Assembly: GCF_006345805.1 (NCBI RefSeq)
Contig: NC_043008.1
Coordinates: 40,176,001-40,240,000, forward strand
Direction: 5' to 3'
Source: Octopus sinensis
Lineage: Eukaryota
Length of the DNA: 64,000 bases
Shown: in pieces, positions 12,913 to 25,379 of the stretch
Layout: every line of letters starts with the position of its first letter
Position numbering within the stretch: position 1 is the stretch's first letter
Notes under the pieces: generated by a model
The model's input: only the letters and a program-made list of their open reading frames with translations
The model's database searches: none
What the model was told of the DNA's origin: nothing
Translations under genes and position numbers: made by a program

Positions 12913-15329
12913 CATAGTGTACTAATAAAACGCGTAAGAAAATCCCTAAATGAAATGGTCATAGTGAATATATATGTGTGATTTAACTTAAAATTAAAAG
13001 TTGTTTACGTGTCACTGAATACAATCGTTTCGCGTCTACTATTTTCTATTGCCCGTCGAATAATCAAGTCCCTGAAGACGATGTCATATTTATCAGTTTA
13101 GGTGGGAGAGTAATACGAACTTAGAGTATATCAATGCGTGTAACTAAATACGTAAATATATTTGTAACTATTTGTTACTTTGTTCATGTAGGTCAGTACG
13201 TTCATCGGAAAATATGTCAGATTATCTTAAGAGAAATCAAACTGTTGCATGGAATGTATGAATATTAGGTATGTATATATATGTTACTTCATCAATGCAT
13301 GTCTGCGAATTATAACGTGTGTGTGTATAAGTTACAGCATTATTTTTCAAAGCTTCCCACATCACCAGGAGCCTAATGTAACGCAATAGATTTTCCTACA
13401 TAGTGAATACAAAACATGTACATACACATCTACATATCAAATATTTTTCACAGATCTCTCCATATTTAAATAAATAATAATAGATTGGTTCGGTCAAATT
13501 CATAATAATGGAGATGGTAATGGATGGGCTAGCGATATAAAATGAGAATTCTCGTGTACAATACTATAATTTCCTGTTATATAATTGACAAAAGAGAAAT
13601 AGTCGAGATTCGAAAATAATTACTATTCAAGGGAAGGTTATATTAAGATCTGGTTAATTTAGTGAATCTGTTAAAATTTTTGCTTAATTTCTGAAGAAAT
13701 ACATGGCCTGTGAAAAACAACCAAACGCTTATCAAGCTTAAATTAGATAAACGTATTCAAAATAACTCTCAATAGAGATTGCTATTAAAGATTATTCTAC
13801 AACGCACAGCTAATGCATGTGCTCACTCTGCCCATTTACTGCAAACAACAGAATATTTCATATCTAAATATTTCTGGGCGTCTTGCAAATCGCTCACATA
13901 GCTTCTCTTCTTTCTATATGTAACTTTAGAAGAAAAAATATATATAAATTCGTACATTTGAAGGTAGAGGCGCTGAAACTGAATTTACAATTTCCTAGGA
14001 TATGTTTAATATGAATAATATGAAAAAAGATTATTCGCTCGAGTATGTTAGGAATGATATATTTCCAAAAAATATTTTTACTAAAAGAAAACGGTTTCAA
14101 ATTAAGAAAAGTAAGTAATTTACTGTGGCTGAAGAAATGTATTGTGCAGTAAGAGTTAATTTGATCTCCGAAACTATTGAATTATATATCAATCGTTTGT
14201 TCTAGTACAGCTTCCAAGTTGCAACGAGTACGACCGTATAACCATCTAGTTATTCTAAACTAATATACATTCAGTGTTTTATCATGATTGGTGATATTTA
14301 TTTTATATGACAGTATTTATTTCAATGATGGTTTTACTGATTACTTTTTCTTTCAATTAAATATGTATGTAGTTTTAGAGAAAATCTTTAATGTCAATTC
14401 GTCGCAGATTCTGCAAAAGCATTTATCATCAGTAGTCTTGGGGATGACACACATTCAAAACTGGGTGATTGTAATTGCCATGGACAGCACGACATTACGT
14501 ATTTAAAATCAAGTTTTTCTCTCACTAAATATATGAATATATGAATTAAGGGTATTTACTACTTTGATAGAGAAAATGTACGCTACATTGGTGTTCGACT
14601 GCTTGACATTCACGTTGCGGCCACAGAGTCACCACGCAGAAGAAAATTACAATTACCTATAGCAGTTGTTTTCAATGTATACCTCCTGTCTCAAAATCTT
14701 TAAATCCCAGTTTATCAGTAGGACACTTGAGAAACTGTAGGTCAGGTGTATAGTGTGATTACTGATTGCAATAATATTACCAATGGTAGAAGACGAAATG
14801 AAGCTCATTTTGGTGTTCTAGATGACTGAACACGTTTTAACGCTTTTCACATCCAATTATGAAATATTTGGCTGCGAGAGAGTTTACTTTGATCCTATTG
14901 TTTAATAAGACTACCTATCAATTGTTTTTGCTTTATATTTTCATCACAAATAAGCTACAAGGAACGGCAAACAGTTTTCCTAACCCATTCTCCTGGAAAG
15001 GTATAATGGAGGGTATCTCGTTTCTAATAGATTCCAGAAAATGTTCTCTAATATTTTTAGTGGATTCCTGAAGCTCAGACGTGTATCTTTGGATATCATT
15101 TGATGTACATAAATTTCATTAATTTTTATATGGTTCATTATATTAAATAAACGTTGATATTCATTTATAATCTAAGTCACGTTTTTATTTTCGACAACAA
15201 CTTTGTTAACTCTTTGTTCTATAAACACAGCGTGATGATAAAGTATTAAAATTTATCTCATGTATTAGGATAATATAGCACAACATTATGCAGAGAGTAT
15301 AGAATATTATCCACTTTAGTTACCGTACA

Positions 15330-16440
15330 ATGACCTCTATTTCGGGGGATAGCATAACACTCGATTTCAAAGTTTGGTATCAAATCCTCTAGCATGTTCC
15401 GTATGTATATCAAGGTATATCTCTTCCGTTTTCAATCCAGGGAGTAGACTCGTAGCACTTTCAATGTCCATCAGAAGCTCAACCGATCCATTAGTGCAAT
15501 GTTCCTGTTATAGCATCGCTGAAATGCCTTCACTTCTGCTATTAATTGAAAAGTATGAGCAGACCGCAGTTCATTAGGGGTATTCCATTCAGCTGAGGAC
15601 AAATGTCCTCCATAGAACGAGAATAGTTTCCTGATCTCTTCTTCTGAGAATTCTCAGAAAGCAAACTACCATTTACTTGCGCATTGCTCCATCTTGGTGA
15701 TGAGTTCATGAAACGAGGCGCTGTTTCTCATATCAATACCCTCATCAGGCATTGCATTTGACTCTGTGATTGCCACTCCTTTTCGTTGAAAACCTGATTT
15801 TAGCACCATGTTAGTGACGCTGGTTCATAGCGTAGGACTTGGTATGTTCCTGCATTAAATTGCATGTTTTCTTAGTTGACGGCAAACTGCAGCTGCCCTA
15901 AGAGAATTCTCTAAGGCACTCCATTCGCTATTCTACTCTCCTTCGAGAGGTTCCCATTGGCTGTCACTGCCTAACTTCTTTCTTTGAAGAAGTCATGTAA
16001 TCACTGTCTCATTTTAACGACTATACATACTCTCCTAGTTTATGACACATCATCCCATGTTCAACCTAATCAAAAGCTTCTGCTAAGTCGAGGTGTATCA
16101 CATATACGCCTGAGCGATTCATTAGTTGTTTCAAAACCCATTCCTAAAGATGCAGAAGCTGTGTAAGGCGTCTTCTTCTTGAGCTTCTTCCTAACAATGC
16201 GTTCCATAAATCCTCTCTAACATGTGAGGTTAGATGGTCAGGTCTATAATTTATAGCATCGGCTCTACTACCACATTTATGGCTGAGGCATAGTATGCCT
16301 TCCTTTATTTACTTGGAATTTTCACAAATTGAAGGACGATTAGGAAGAGGTTCTGCTGTAACTTTGCCAGAACCCCCTCGCATTCCTTCGGGAACACTGC
16401 TGGGAAGATGAGTATCAATCGGGTGCTTGACTGAGTTTAA
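15330..16440 (-). pseudogene. Decayed CR1/L2-clade LINE reverse transcriptase fragment
   Basis: Minus-strand translation across stops and frameshifts gives NYRPDHLTSHV...MERIVRKKL, VIHLDLAEAFD*VEHG, NGVP*RILLGQL, NMQFNAG and LRILRRRDQETILVLWRTFVLS. Confidence 0.8.
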
Positions 16441-16640
16441 GCTCATTTCACCAGTGGCTGGTGTATATCTATGTGCAGGTGTTTCTTTGCGTCATTGTTT
16501 GTTCTCTCCGTCATTGTTTGACAATCGCTGCTGGTGTGTTTATCTATCTGTTATTTAATAGTCCGGCAAGGATATCGAATATATAAGTACCAAGCTTAGA
16601 ATAAGTCGAAAAGTCGAAAAGAACTTCAATCAGACAAACA

Positions 16641-17896
16641 ATATTGTCTCCATTTTATATTTTAATTTCACGTAGGCGCCTTGTTTCATTTTGAGTTTGT
16701 CTACTACACATTATAGTACGGTCAGTTGGGCACCGTCTGTGAGTAAAAACAAGAACACCATTATGCACTTTCCTGTGCCAGGAATTTGGGAACAACATTC
16801 TGTACTACCAAGCATTCGCACAGGAATCTCCAATACAAATATTTAATAGTGTTTGAGTGTCAATCTGAGGACAGTGAAGAGATTTCGGAAAGAGCTGGAT
16901 AAATCTAATTTTTGTTATGAAGGTACGGCGGATCAGAAAACACATTTCGATCTTTCTAAGAGAAACACTCCTGAATTTGTTGGGGAGATTAAGGCCATGA
17001 TTGGTAACGATCCCTCAAAGTTAATCACGTCCATTGCCGAGGACATGGCAGTATCTGAGTTTCTTATCAGACAGGTAATGCATGAACACATTCGATATTC
17101 CTCATACAACGTGAGGAAGGGCAAATTTTTATCCCAAGCTATGATGAACAAGAGACAAGACCGTGCTACAAAGCTTTTGAACAAACTCAAGCATCCCCTC
17201 CAATCGAACATGCTTTGGTTTTTCTGAGACGAGAAGAATTTCTGCCAGGGTTAGATGGTGAAGACACAGAACAACCGTTAGCTTGCCATATCCCCAAAAT
17301 ATATATACCGCATGTGATAAAAAGCAATCATCCAGCCAACAAAATGGTGTTTGCAGTCGTAACTAGTGATGGTGACGTTATATTTGCATTTGTCTTCTCA
17401 CACGGTCTCACACTCAAGACGGAGGTCTACATGAAGTGCCTGAACGAGGTAGTGCTGCTCTGGGTGAAGAGGGCGACTGCTGAAAGACCCTATGTCTAGC
17501 AACAAGACTCTGCACCATGTCACTCAAACAGGAACACTCAGTCAAAGCTATCAGTCAATTTCTGCGACCATATCACCCCTAACATCTGGCCACCTAACGC
17601 ATCACACTGCACATCCCTTCATTATTATTGAGCGAGAGAACAACAAAACTCCTTGTTACACCAAAGATGAACTGAAGGAAAGGATTATTATAGCATTCAC
17701 CAAATTAAACAAGGAGACAGTCCAGAAGAGATGCAGGAGATTCTGAAGTCGAGTGGAGGTCGCGGTGGAAGCTAATGGCGATTTTATTGAATAAATTTAC
17801 TCTTTAATATTTCAAGATACTTTTATTTATTTTTGGTAAATATATCGGTAAAATGATCGACAGTGTTATTGTTAATTTTTACGTAATTTAGACGAC

Positions 17897-17898
<2 letters not shown>
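16641..17898 (+). mobile_element. Decayed Tc1/mariner element, DD37D (maT)-like transposase
   Basis: HPANKMVFAVVTSDG...YV*QQDSAPCH...IWPPNASHCTSLHYY. There are 37 residues between the QQD Asp and the position of the third Asp (now His, cat from gat). Right end ...aatttagacgacag then (TA)n; left end atattgtctc degenerate. Confidence 0.8.
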
Positions 17899-17941
<43 letters not shown>

Positions 17942-18190
17942 TTTAACAATTAAGGATAATCTCTTAATAAGGGATCTTAACAAGAAATTATCAGGTAGCT
18001 AGCGTGAAAACCTCATAAAAGAAAAGAATCCGAAAATAATTTTTTTCTTCTGAACAATTAATTATATCTATATTGTATAGAGGGCATTATTACACATAAA
18101 TGCCTCACACTAGGAGGGACAGAGTCATTACTACCAAAATTATACTAATCATACCCAAATGCAGTTTTTCAAAGCAAGACATTTAAAAAT

Positions 18191-18259
18191 GAATTATGTT
18201 CTGTATCACCGTGATTTCACATACAACTTGCGTCTAATGATCGTCAGCAGAACTGATTC
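18191..18259 (-). ncRNA. Type I hammerhead ribozyme, copy B1
   Basis: Reverse complement reads GAAU-CA-GUUCUG-CUGACGA-UCAUUAGACGCAAGUUGUAUGU-GAAA-UCAC-G-GUGA-UA-CAGAAC-AUA-AUUC. Confidence 0.8.
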
Positions 18260-18879
18260 TGAATACATCATAAATAAACTAACCTTACGTAGCGAAGACG
18301 AACAGACACTGCTCACTCCGGCCAAGCACACGGAATGTTTATAAATCATATATCCGGTAAATGGCGGGCTTTTTACGAACTGCATGTCGGGCAATGAAAA
18401 GCACTTCGGAATAAGTTTAACAATTAAGGATAATCTCTTAATAAGGGATCTTAGTGATACAGAACATAATTCATTTTTAAATGTCTTGCTTTGAAAAACT
18501 GCATTTGGGTATGATTAGTATAATTTTGGTAGTAATGACTCTGTCCCTCCTAGTGTGAGGCATTTATGTGTAATAATGCCCTCTATACAATATAGATATA
18601 ATTAATTTGTTCAGAAGAAAAAAATTATTTTCGGATTCTTTTCTTTTATGAGGTTTTCACGCTAGCTACCTGATAATTTCTTGTTAAGATCCCTTATTAA
18701 GAGATTATCCTTAATTGTTAAACTTATTCCGAAGTGCTTTTCATTGCCCGACATGCAGTTCGTAAAAAGCCCGCCATTAACCGGATATATGATTTATAAA
18801 CATTCCGTGTGCTTGGCCGGAGTGAGCAGTTGTCTGTTCGTCTTCGCTACGTAAGGTTAGTTTATTTATGATGTATTCA

Positions 18880-18948
18880 GAATCAGTTCTGCTGACGATC
18901 ATTAGACGCAAGTTGTATGTGAAATCACGGTGATACAGAACATAATTC
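18880..18948 (+). ncRNA. Type I hammerhead ribozyme, copy B2
   Basis: Stem I GUUCUG/CAGAAC; core CUGACGA (18892-98); stem II CAU/AUG plus GAC-GCAA-GUU; GAAA; stem III AUCAC-G-GUGAU; predicted cleavage after 18935. Confidence 0.82.
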
Positions 18949-19354
18949 ATTTTTAAATGTCTTGCTTTGAAAAACTGCATTTGGGTATGATTAGTATAAT
19001 TTTGGTAGTAATGACTCTGTCCCTCCTAGTGTGAGGCATTTATGTGTAATAATGCCCTCTATACAATATAGATATAATTAATTTGTTCAGAAGAAAAAAA
19101 TTATTTTCGGATTCTTTTCTTTTATGAGGTTTTCACGCTAGCTACCTGATAATTTCTTGTTAAGATCCCTATTAAGAGATTATCCTTAATTGTTAAACTT
19201 ATTCCGAAGTGCTTTTCATTGCCCGACATGCAGTTCGTAAAAAGCCCGCCATTTACCGGATATATGATTTATAAACATTCCGTGTGCTTGGCCGGAGTGA
19301 GCAGTTGTCTGTTCGTCTTCGCTACGTAAGGTTAGTTTATTTATGATGTATTCA

Positions 19355-19423
19355 GAATCAGTTCTGCTGACGATCATTAGACGCAAGTTGTATGTGAAAT
19401 CACGGTGATACAGAACATAATTC
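19355..19423 (+). ncRNA. Type I hammerhead ribozyme, copy B3
   Basis: Motif identical to B2. Confidence 0.82.
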
Positions 19424-19825
19424 ATTTTTAAATGTCTTGCTTTGAAAAACTGCATTTGGGTATGATTAGTATAATTTTGGTAGTAATGACTCTGTCCTCC
19501 TAGTGTGAGGCATTTATGTGTATAATGCCCTCTATACATATAGATATAATTAATTTGTTCAGAAGAAAAAAATTATTTTCGGATTCTTTTCTTTTATGAG
19601 TTTTCACGCTAGCTACCTGATAATTTCTTGTTAAGATCCCTTATTAAGAGATTATCCTTAATTGTTAAACTTATTCCGAAGTGCTTTTCATTGCCCGACA
19701 TGCAGTTCGTAAAAAGCCCGCCATTTACCGATATATGATTTATAAACATTCCGTGTGCTTGGCCGGAGTGAGCAGTTGTCTGTTCGTCTTCGCTACGTAA
19801 GGTTAGTTTATTTATGATGTATTCA

Positions 19826-19894
19826 GAATCAGTTCTGCTGACGATCATTAGACGCAAGTTGTATGTGAAATCACGGTGATACAGAACATAATTC
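19826..19894 (+). ncRNA. Type I hammerhead ribozyme, copy B4
   Basis: Motif identical to B2. Confidence 0.82.
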
Positions 19895-20299
19895 ATTTTT
19901 AAATGTCTTGCTTTGAAAAACTGCATTTGGTATGATTAGTATAATTTTGGTAGTAATGACTCTGTCCCTCCTAGTGTGAGGCATTTATGTGTAATAATGC
20001 CCTCTATACAATATAGATATAATTAATTTGTTCAGAAGAAAAAAATTATTTTCGGATTCTTTTCTTTTATGAGGTTTTCACGCTAGCTACCTGATAATTT
20101 CTTGTTAAGATCCCTTATTAAGAGATTATCCTTAATTGTTAAACTTATTCCGAGTGCTTTTCATTGCCCGACATGCAGTTCGTAAAAAGCCCGCCATTTA
20201 CCGGATATATGATTTATAAACATTCCGTGTGCTTGGCCGGAGTGAGCAGTTGTCTGTTCGTCTTCGCTACGTAAGGTTAGTTTATTTATGATGTATTCA

Positions 20300-20368
20300 G
20301 AATCAGTTCTGCTGACGATCATTAGACGCAAGTTGTATGTGAAATCACGGTGATACAGAACATAATTC
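20300..20368 (+). ncRNA. Type I hammerhead ribozyme, copy B5
   Basis: Motif identical to B2. Confidence 0.82.
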
Positions 20369-20775
20369 ATTTTTAAATGTCTTGCTTTGAAAAACTGCAT
20401 TTGGGTATGATTAGTATAATTTTGGTAGTAATGACTCTGTCCCTCCTAGTGTGAGGCATTTATGTGTAATAATGCCCTCTATACAATATAGATATAATTA
20501 ATTTGTTCAGAAGAAAAAAATTATTTTCGGATTCTTTTCTTTTATGAGGTTTTCACGCTAGCTACCTGATAATTTCTTGTTAAGATCCCTTATTAAGAGA
20601 TTATCCTTAATTGTTAAACTTATTCCGAAGTGCTTTTCATTGCCCGACATGCAGTTCGTAAAAAGCCCGCCATTTACCGGATATATGATTTATAAACATT
20701 CCGTGTGCTTGGCCGGAGTGAGCAGTTGTCTGTTCGTCTTCGCTACGTAAGGTTAGTTTATTTATGATGTATTCA

Positions 20776-20844
20776 GAATCAGTTCTGCTGACGATCATTA
20801 GACGCAAGTTGTATGTGAAATCACGGTGATACAGAACATAATTC
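20776..20844 (+). ncRNA. Type I hammerhead ribozyme, copy B6
   Basis: Motif identical to B2. Confidence 0.82.
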
Positions 20845-22086
20845 ATTTTTAAATGTCTTGCTTTGAAAAATACACGTATATATATATATATACGTGTACA
20901 CACAGACATACAAACCTCTGTATGTAGGTCTATATGTTTATACGTATATTCAATTATTCTTTATGGTAAATTATATATAAGTCAGAAAGCACACTGTATC
21001 GGGAAAATAAATTGTCGCACATCGTTGTATTATTATATTTTGGTCTTGAATTATTGCTATGTTTTTCATTCTGCCAACGGGACACTTTTATGAATTAGCT
21101 CTGAATGCATATTTTGTTTAATTAATGTCGATTCCTTTACCCCAAAGCCGAAACTAACGCTATGTAGCAGATATTTCGTTAATGTATTCGTAAGAGGTGA
21201 AGCGATTTTATTCATTTATGAACATAATGTTGTTTGTATCTGAAAACGCTTTTTAAAATTTTATATAGATATTCCTACTACGTTAGTCGTTTAGAGTTAC
21301 TATTGTCGCAGATCAAAGTTTCCTGTACTAAATATGCTGATGCCAAATGTGTACAGAATATTTTGATATTTTTCAATAATATAACGAGTTCACAGAATAT
21401 AAATAGCACATAGAAGTTTGATAAAATATTTTGGTTCAGTGATGCTTTGCGATTTCTGAAATGCAATACAAATCTATTTGATCATAATTATATGAGATGA
21501 AATTGAATTGAAACATGTTCTTGCGCACTACGTTTTAGGATATTTTAGGTATTGTCTTAACGTATCTGTATTTATTCATCTACTGTGAATTTCAATTTCA
21601 TAACAGCTGTTGTCATTGAGAAAATTCCTTAACCATTTGGTATTCTGAAAGTTAAGATAATCAAGAGGAAATTATAACTTCTATATCAGTAAATGAAATA
21701 TGTCAAGATGTTAACTACGTATTTTGGGGATAAAATAATAGTTATCATAGTGGAAATCAGGAAATGCTAGACATAAATTCAAAATATAATTTTAGTATGT
21801 ACCACAGAATAATAGCGCCAATGCCACTTTGAATTTGTATGGTAGCTCAGTAATTATACCCGTAATATATTAAGATCTTCTCATTCGACTGACATAGTAA
21901 CTAACTTCCTATATGGATGTCGCCAAACATACTTCTTTGCATAATGTAATGAAAATGCTATTAACTGAAGGCCTCAAGCAAATAAAATCTAAAACCACAT
22001 TTCTACAAGACGTGCTTGTTAATTACTCTCGTAGTTTCTGTAGTAAGTATGAATGTATTCATGGCATTCTTTCTTCTTTCATTCCA

Positions 22087-22499
22087 CTCTCTTATACTCT
22101 TATACTCTTATACTTGTTTCAGTCATTTGACTGTGGCCATGCTGGAGCACTGCCTTTAGACGAGCAAATCGACCCCGGGACTTATTCTTTGTAAGCCCAG
22201 TACTTATTCTATCGGTCTCTTTTGCCAAACCGCTAAGTTACGGAGACATAAACACACCAGCATCGGTTATCAAGCAATGTTGGGGGGACAAACACAGGCA
22301 CACAAACACGTACACACACACATATATATATATACATATATACGACAGGCTTCTTTCAGTTTCCGTCTACCAAATCCACTCACAAGGCATTGGTCGGCCT
22401 GGGGCTATAGCAGAAGACACTTGCCCAAGAAACCACGCAGTGGGACTGAACCCGGAACCATGTGGTTGGTAAGCAAGCTACTTACCACACAGCTACTCC
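22087..22499 (-). mobile_element. Composite tRNA-type SINE with internal (TA/CA)n
   Basis: Minus-strand head ggagtagctgtgtggtaagtagcttgcttaccaaccacatggttccgggttcagtcccactg (A/B-box-like). Paralog at 53023-53435. Confidence 0.85.
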
Positions 22500-23752
22500 A
22501 CAAAAACTATTTACCCATTTCTTGTCGAAAATATAATCGAAACAGGCTATAAAAAACCTTATAATTTTACAATAGCATAAAAACGATATAAATATAATTC
22601 GATCATTAAAATGTGTTTTTCTTTTCTTTTTCTCTCAGTTTTACCCAGTTCGGAAATTCATCTCCAAACAAAGAATTTTTCAAGCAGCTGTATTTTGTCT
22701 GCGAGTCATTTATGAAATTCCATTACGTTTTGTTCTTCGCTGTGTTCTATGACTTTTAACAATCCATTTGACTGTAACTTAATAACATCTAGATGAAAAT
22801 ATGACAGAAGATGCGATTTTGTGTTAGACAAATCACAATCTAATAACTACTACACAGAAACGGCTTTGTAAAATGCTTGTTTCTTCTTTCATCGATATTT
22901 TTGGAAAAAAATGTTTGAACTGAAGCTTAAAACTAGTATGAGTGCTTGGAACAAATTCACAATGATATTTGAGGTTTGCTCCTTAGCTATATTTTGAGCT
23001 ACACAAAACTCATTCCAGTTGTTTAACTTCATCTGGGAGTGATATTAAACTGAAAATATATGTCTTGTTTTGGACACTTGAATTCTTTAGACTTATCGAT
23101 ATTTTGTACCGTGAACATAATATTTCCATAAACATATACACAGAAATTAAAACAATATTTTAACTACATTTGCAAATTTGTTACGTACACGAATATACTC
23201 GTCTATGCTCATAAGTAACTCCGCAAACTAAATATTTTATTTCATTCACTGTTGTTACCTATATTCGTGTTGTTGCACAAACTTAAGAAAATTTACGTAA
23301 CTACCTTCTTCCATTTCGACATAATTTAGAATAACGAATATAAATCCGAACTGACAAAAAAATCAAAAGTAGTCTACAACAACCACAATATCATCAGTAG
23401 AAAACCAAGCACATCTACAATAACAACTAACATAGTTCCAACAACAACTACAAGGACAACCACAGCAACAAGAACCTCTAAGCCACTCTAACAGAACTGA
23501 CTCAACACCAACACCACTACTGCTACTATTCACAGTGACCGACCTCAACCACTCCTTTTTCTCTCTCACACTACCACAGATCCAACGTCAACACTACCAA
23601 AAACTACTTCCAGTAGCCAGCCTCAAGCACTCCCTCTTCCCATCTTCTATTACCCCTAAGTCATCAAAGTCAAACAAATCTAAACTTAATTATATTTACA
23701 ATCCATTGCCCCTTAAATCACTCATTTGTCTCAATTGAAATTCAAAAATATA

Positions 23753-23987
23753 CCTATTTCTTTACTACCCACAAGGGGCTAAACACAGAGAGGACAAACA
23801 AGGACAGACAAACGGATTAAGTCGATTACATCGACCCCAGTGCGTAACTGGTACTTATTTTATCGACCCCGAAAGGATGAAAGGCAAAGTCGACCTCGGC
23901 GGAATTTGAACTCAGAACGTAGCGGAAGACGAAATACCGCTAAGCATTTCGCCCGGCGCGCTAACGTTTCTGCCAGCTCGCCGCCTT
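23753..23987 (-). mobile_element. tRNA-type SINE
   Basis: Minus-strand head aaggcggcgagctggcagaaacgttagc...gagttcaaattccgccgagg followed by gcctttcatcctttcggggtcgataaaataagtacc. Paralogs at 26559-26777, 1865-2036 and 62770-62945. Confidence 0.85.
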
Positions 23988-24994
23988 AAAAAAAACCCCA
24001 AAAAACATCCCTTTTACACGAGATGAAACGAACATATCGTGCCTGCAACTTCATTCGTCTCCCCGGGACAAACGATTTGTCCTTATCTACAATCATTTAG
24101 ATAAGGTCTCTGTTGGTCTATATTTTAACATATTAACAGATAGATTTTTTTTTTTAGTATTACGTGTTCTTCTTCTAATGTGAATAAAATAAGTATTTGT
24201 AAGGTAATGGGGTGACTGAATTGGTTAAGAGACGCTTCAGTCGAATGTTTGCACTGAGTAGAAAAGAAAAGTTATAACAGAAGTAGAGAAACTAAATTAA
24301 TTCATTAGAGTTGAATGTAATGTAGGAAAAAGAAAACCACCATCTTTCATCTCTGGTTAACGTTAATATTCCAATACGTAATATGAGCAATATCTGCTGA
24401 AGAAGAAAATGCATAGTTAAGGAAATCTAAGTTAAACACACACTAATTTAAGTTAGAGTATCAAACGAAATTAGGAAAGAACTTTAACGCAATCATCGTT
24501 AACACGAGAATCAATCATCTGTATAACAATTTCTATTCCCCGGTTTTGAAATATATGTCTACTGATATTAAAGTATAGGTTTAAGTGTTTGATTGGTGAG
24601 TTGTGTTGAAAGTAAATCTAATTACATTCTAATCAGTGCTGCAATGGCTTATGTGCAAATACCGATCTGATTATCTCATTTGCATTGTCTCCTAGTAAAT
24701 TTTAACCACACTTTATTTTCTTCCTCGAAATTTGTGCGACTATAATTAACTGCTTAAACATAAGCACAAACATGTCTACAACTTACACAAACTTTCATAT
24801 ACTCAACCCCACAGCGTCACAAATACACCCTTTACACACATATACAGAAACACATACTCTCATACAATCATACAGACATGCATTCATATATACAATTGTG
24901 CAAACACACATACCATAGAAACACACCCACGTTCATATATACGACGATTGCACACCGATGCTTGTCTGTATAAATATTAAACTCTGTGTGTAGA

Positions 24995-25027
<33 letters not shown>

Positions 25028-25379
25028 CTCTCTCTCTCTCTTTCTCTCCCACTTTCACTCTGTCTTTGCCTTACATAGGGAGAGACAAAAAGTCACTTAT
25101 TAATTTCGTTACATGAAATATATATACGTATATAAAGTATAAATTATCTAAATGCATATATATATAATGCATATATATTTCTTTTATCAGTTTCAGCTCA
25201 AAGATGTGGGGATGCTGGGGCACCACCGTTTTATTAGTGAGAATCTCTTCCGATATGTGGCATTTGGTGAGTAAGAGAGTTTGATGTCACTACCCTCATT
25301 TGCGCCTCCTGTCGTGAGGCAGGTTCATCTGGGACTCTCGACAGAAAAAGATCCAGTTTTGACTTTCCCAGTAACTCAG

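Larger units (their letters stand above)
17939..20870. mobile_element. HHR tandem array locus B (~471-476-bp monomer, fold-back): retrozyme/Penelope-pLTR-like non-autonomous element
   Basis: One antisense monomer plus 41 bp (17939-18453), then ~5.1 near-identical sense monomers (18454-20870). (TA)n at 17899-17938. Alignable to the locus A monomer. Confidence 0.88.

Noticed and set aside
17944-18003. LTIKDNLLIRDLNKKLSGS*, resembling the C-terminal helix of PLE GIY-YIG endonucleases
   Set aside because: It lies on the strand opposite the HHR and no GIY/YIG motifs were found upstream. Its conservation is better explained by the 17-bp hairpin.
18454-20870. CRISPR-like or simple satellite interpretation of the arrays
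   Set aside because: The ~475-bp monomers have no variable spacers and the context is eukaryotic. The ribozyme, inversion and fixed terminus argue for a retroelement.
18159-20909. Repeated ORF MQFFKARHLKMNYVLYHRD...
   Set aside because: It is the antisense translation of the HHR monomer. It is not conserved as an ORF in locus A and has no recognisable domain.
23363-23700. Thr-rich, mucin-like translation
   Set aside because: In-frame stops, no splice signals, and it resembles decayed (ACA/ACT)n low-complexity DNA.
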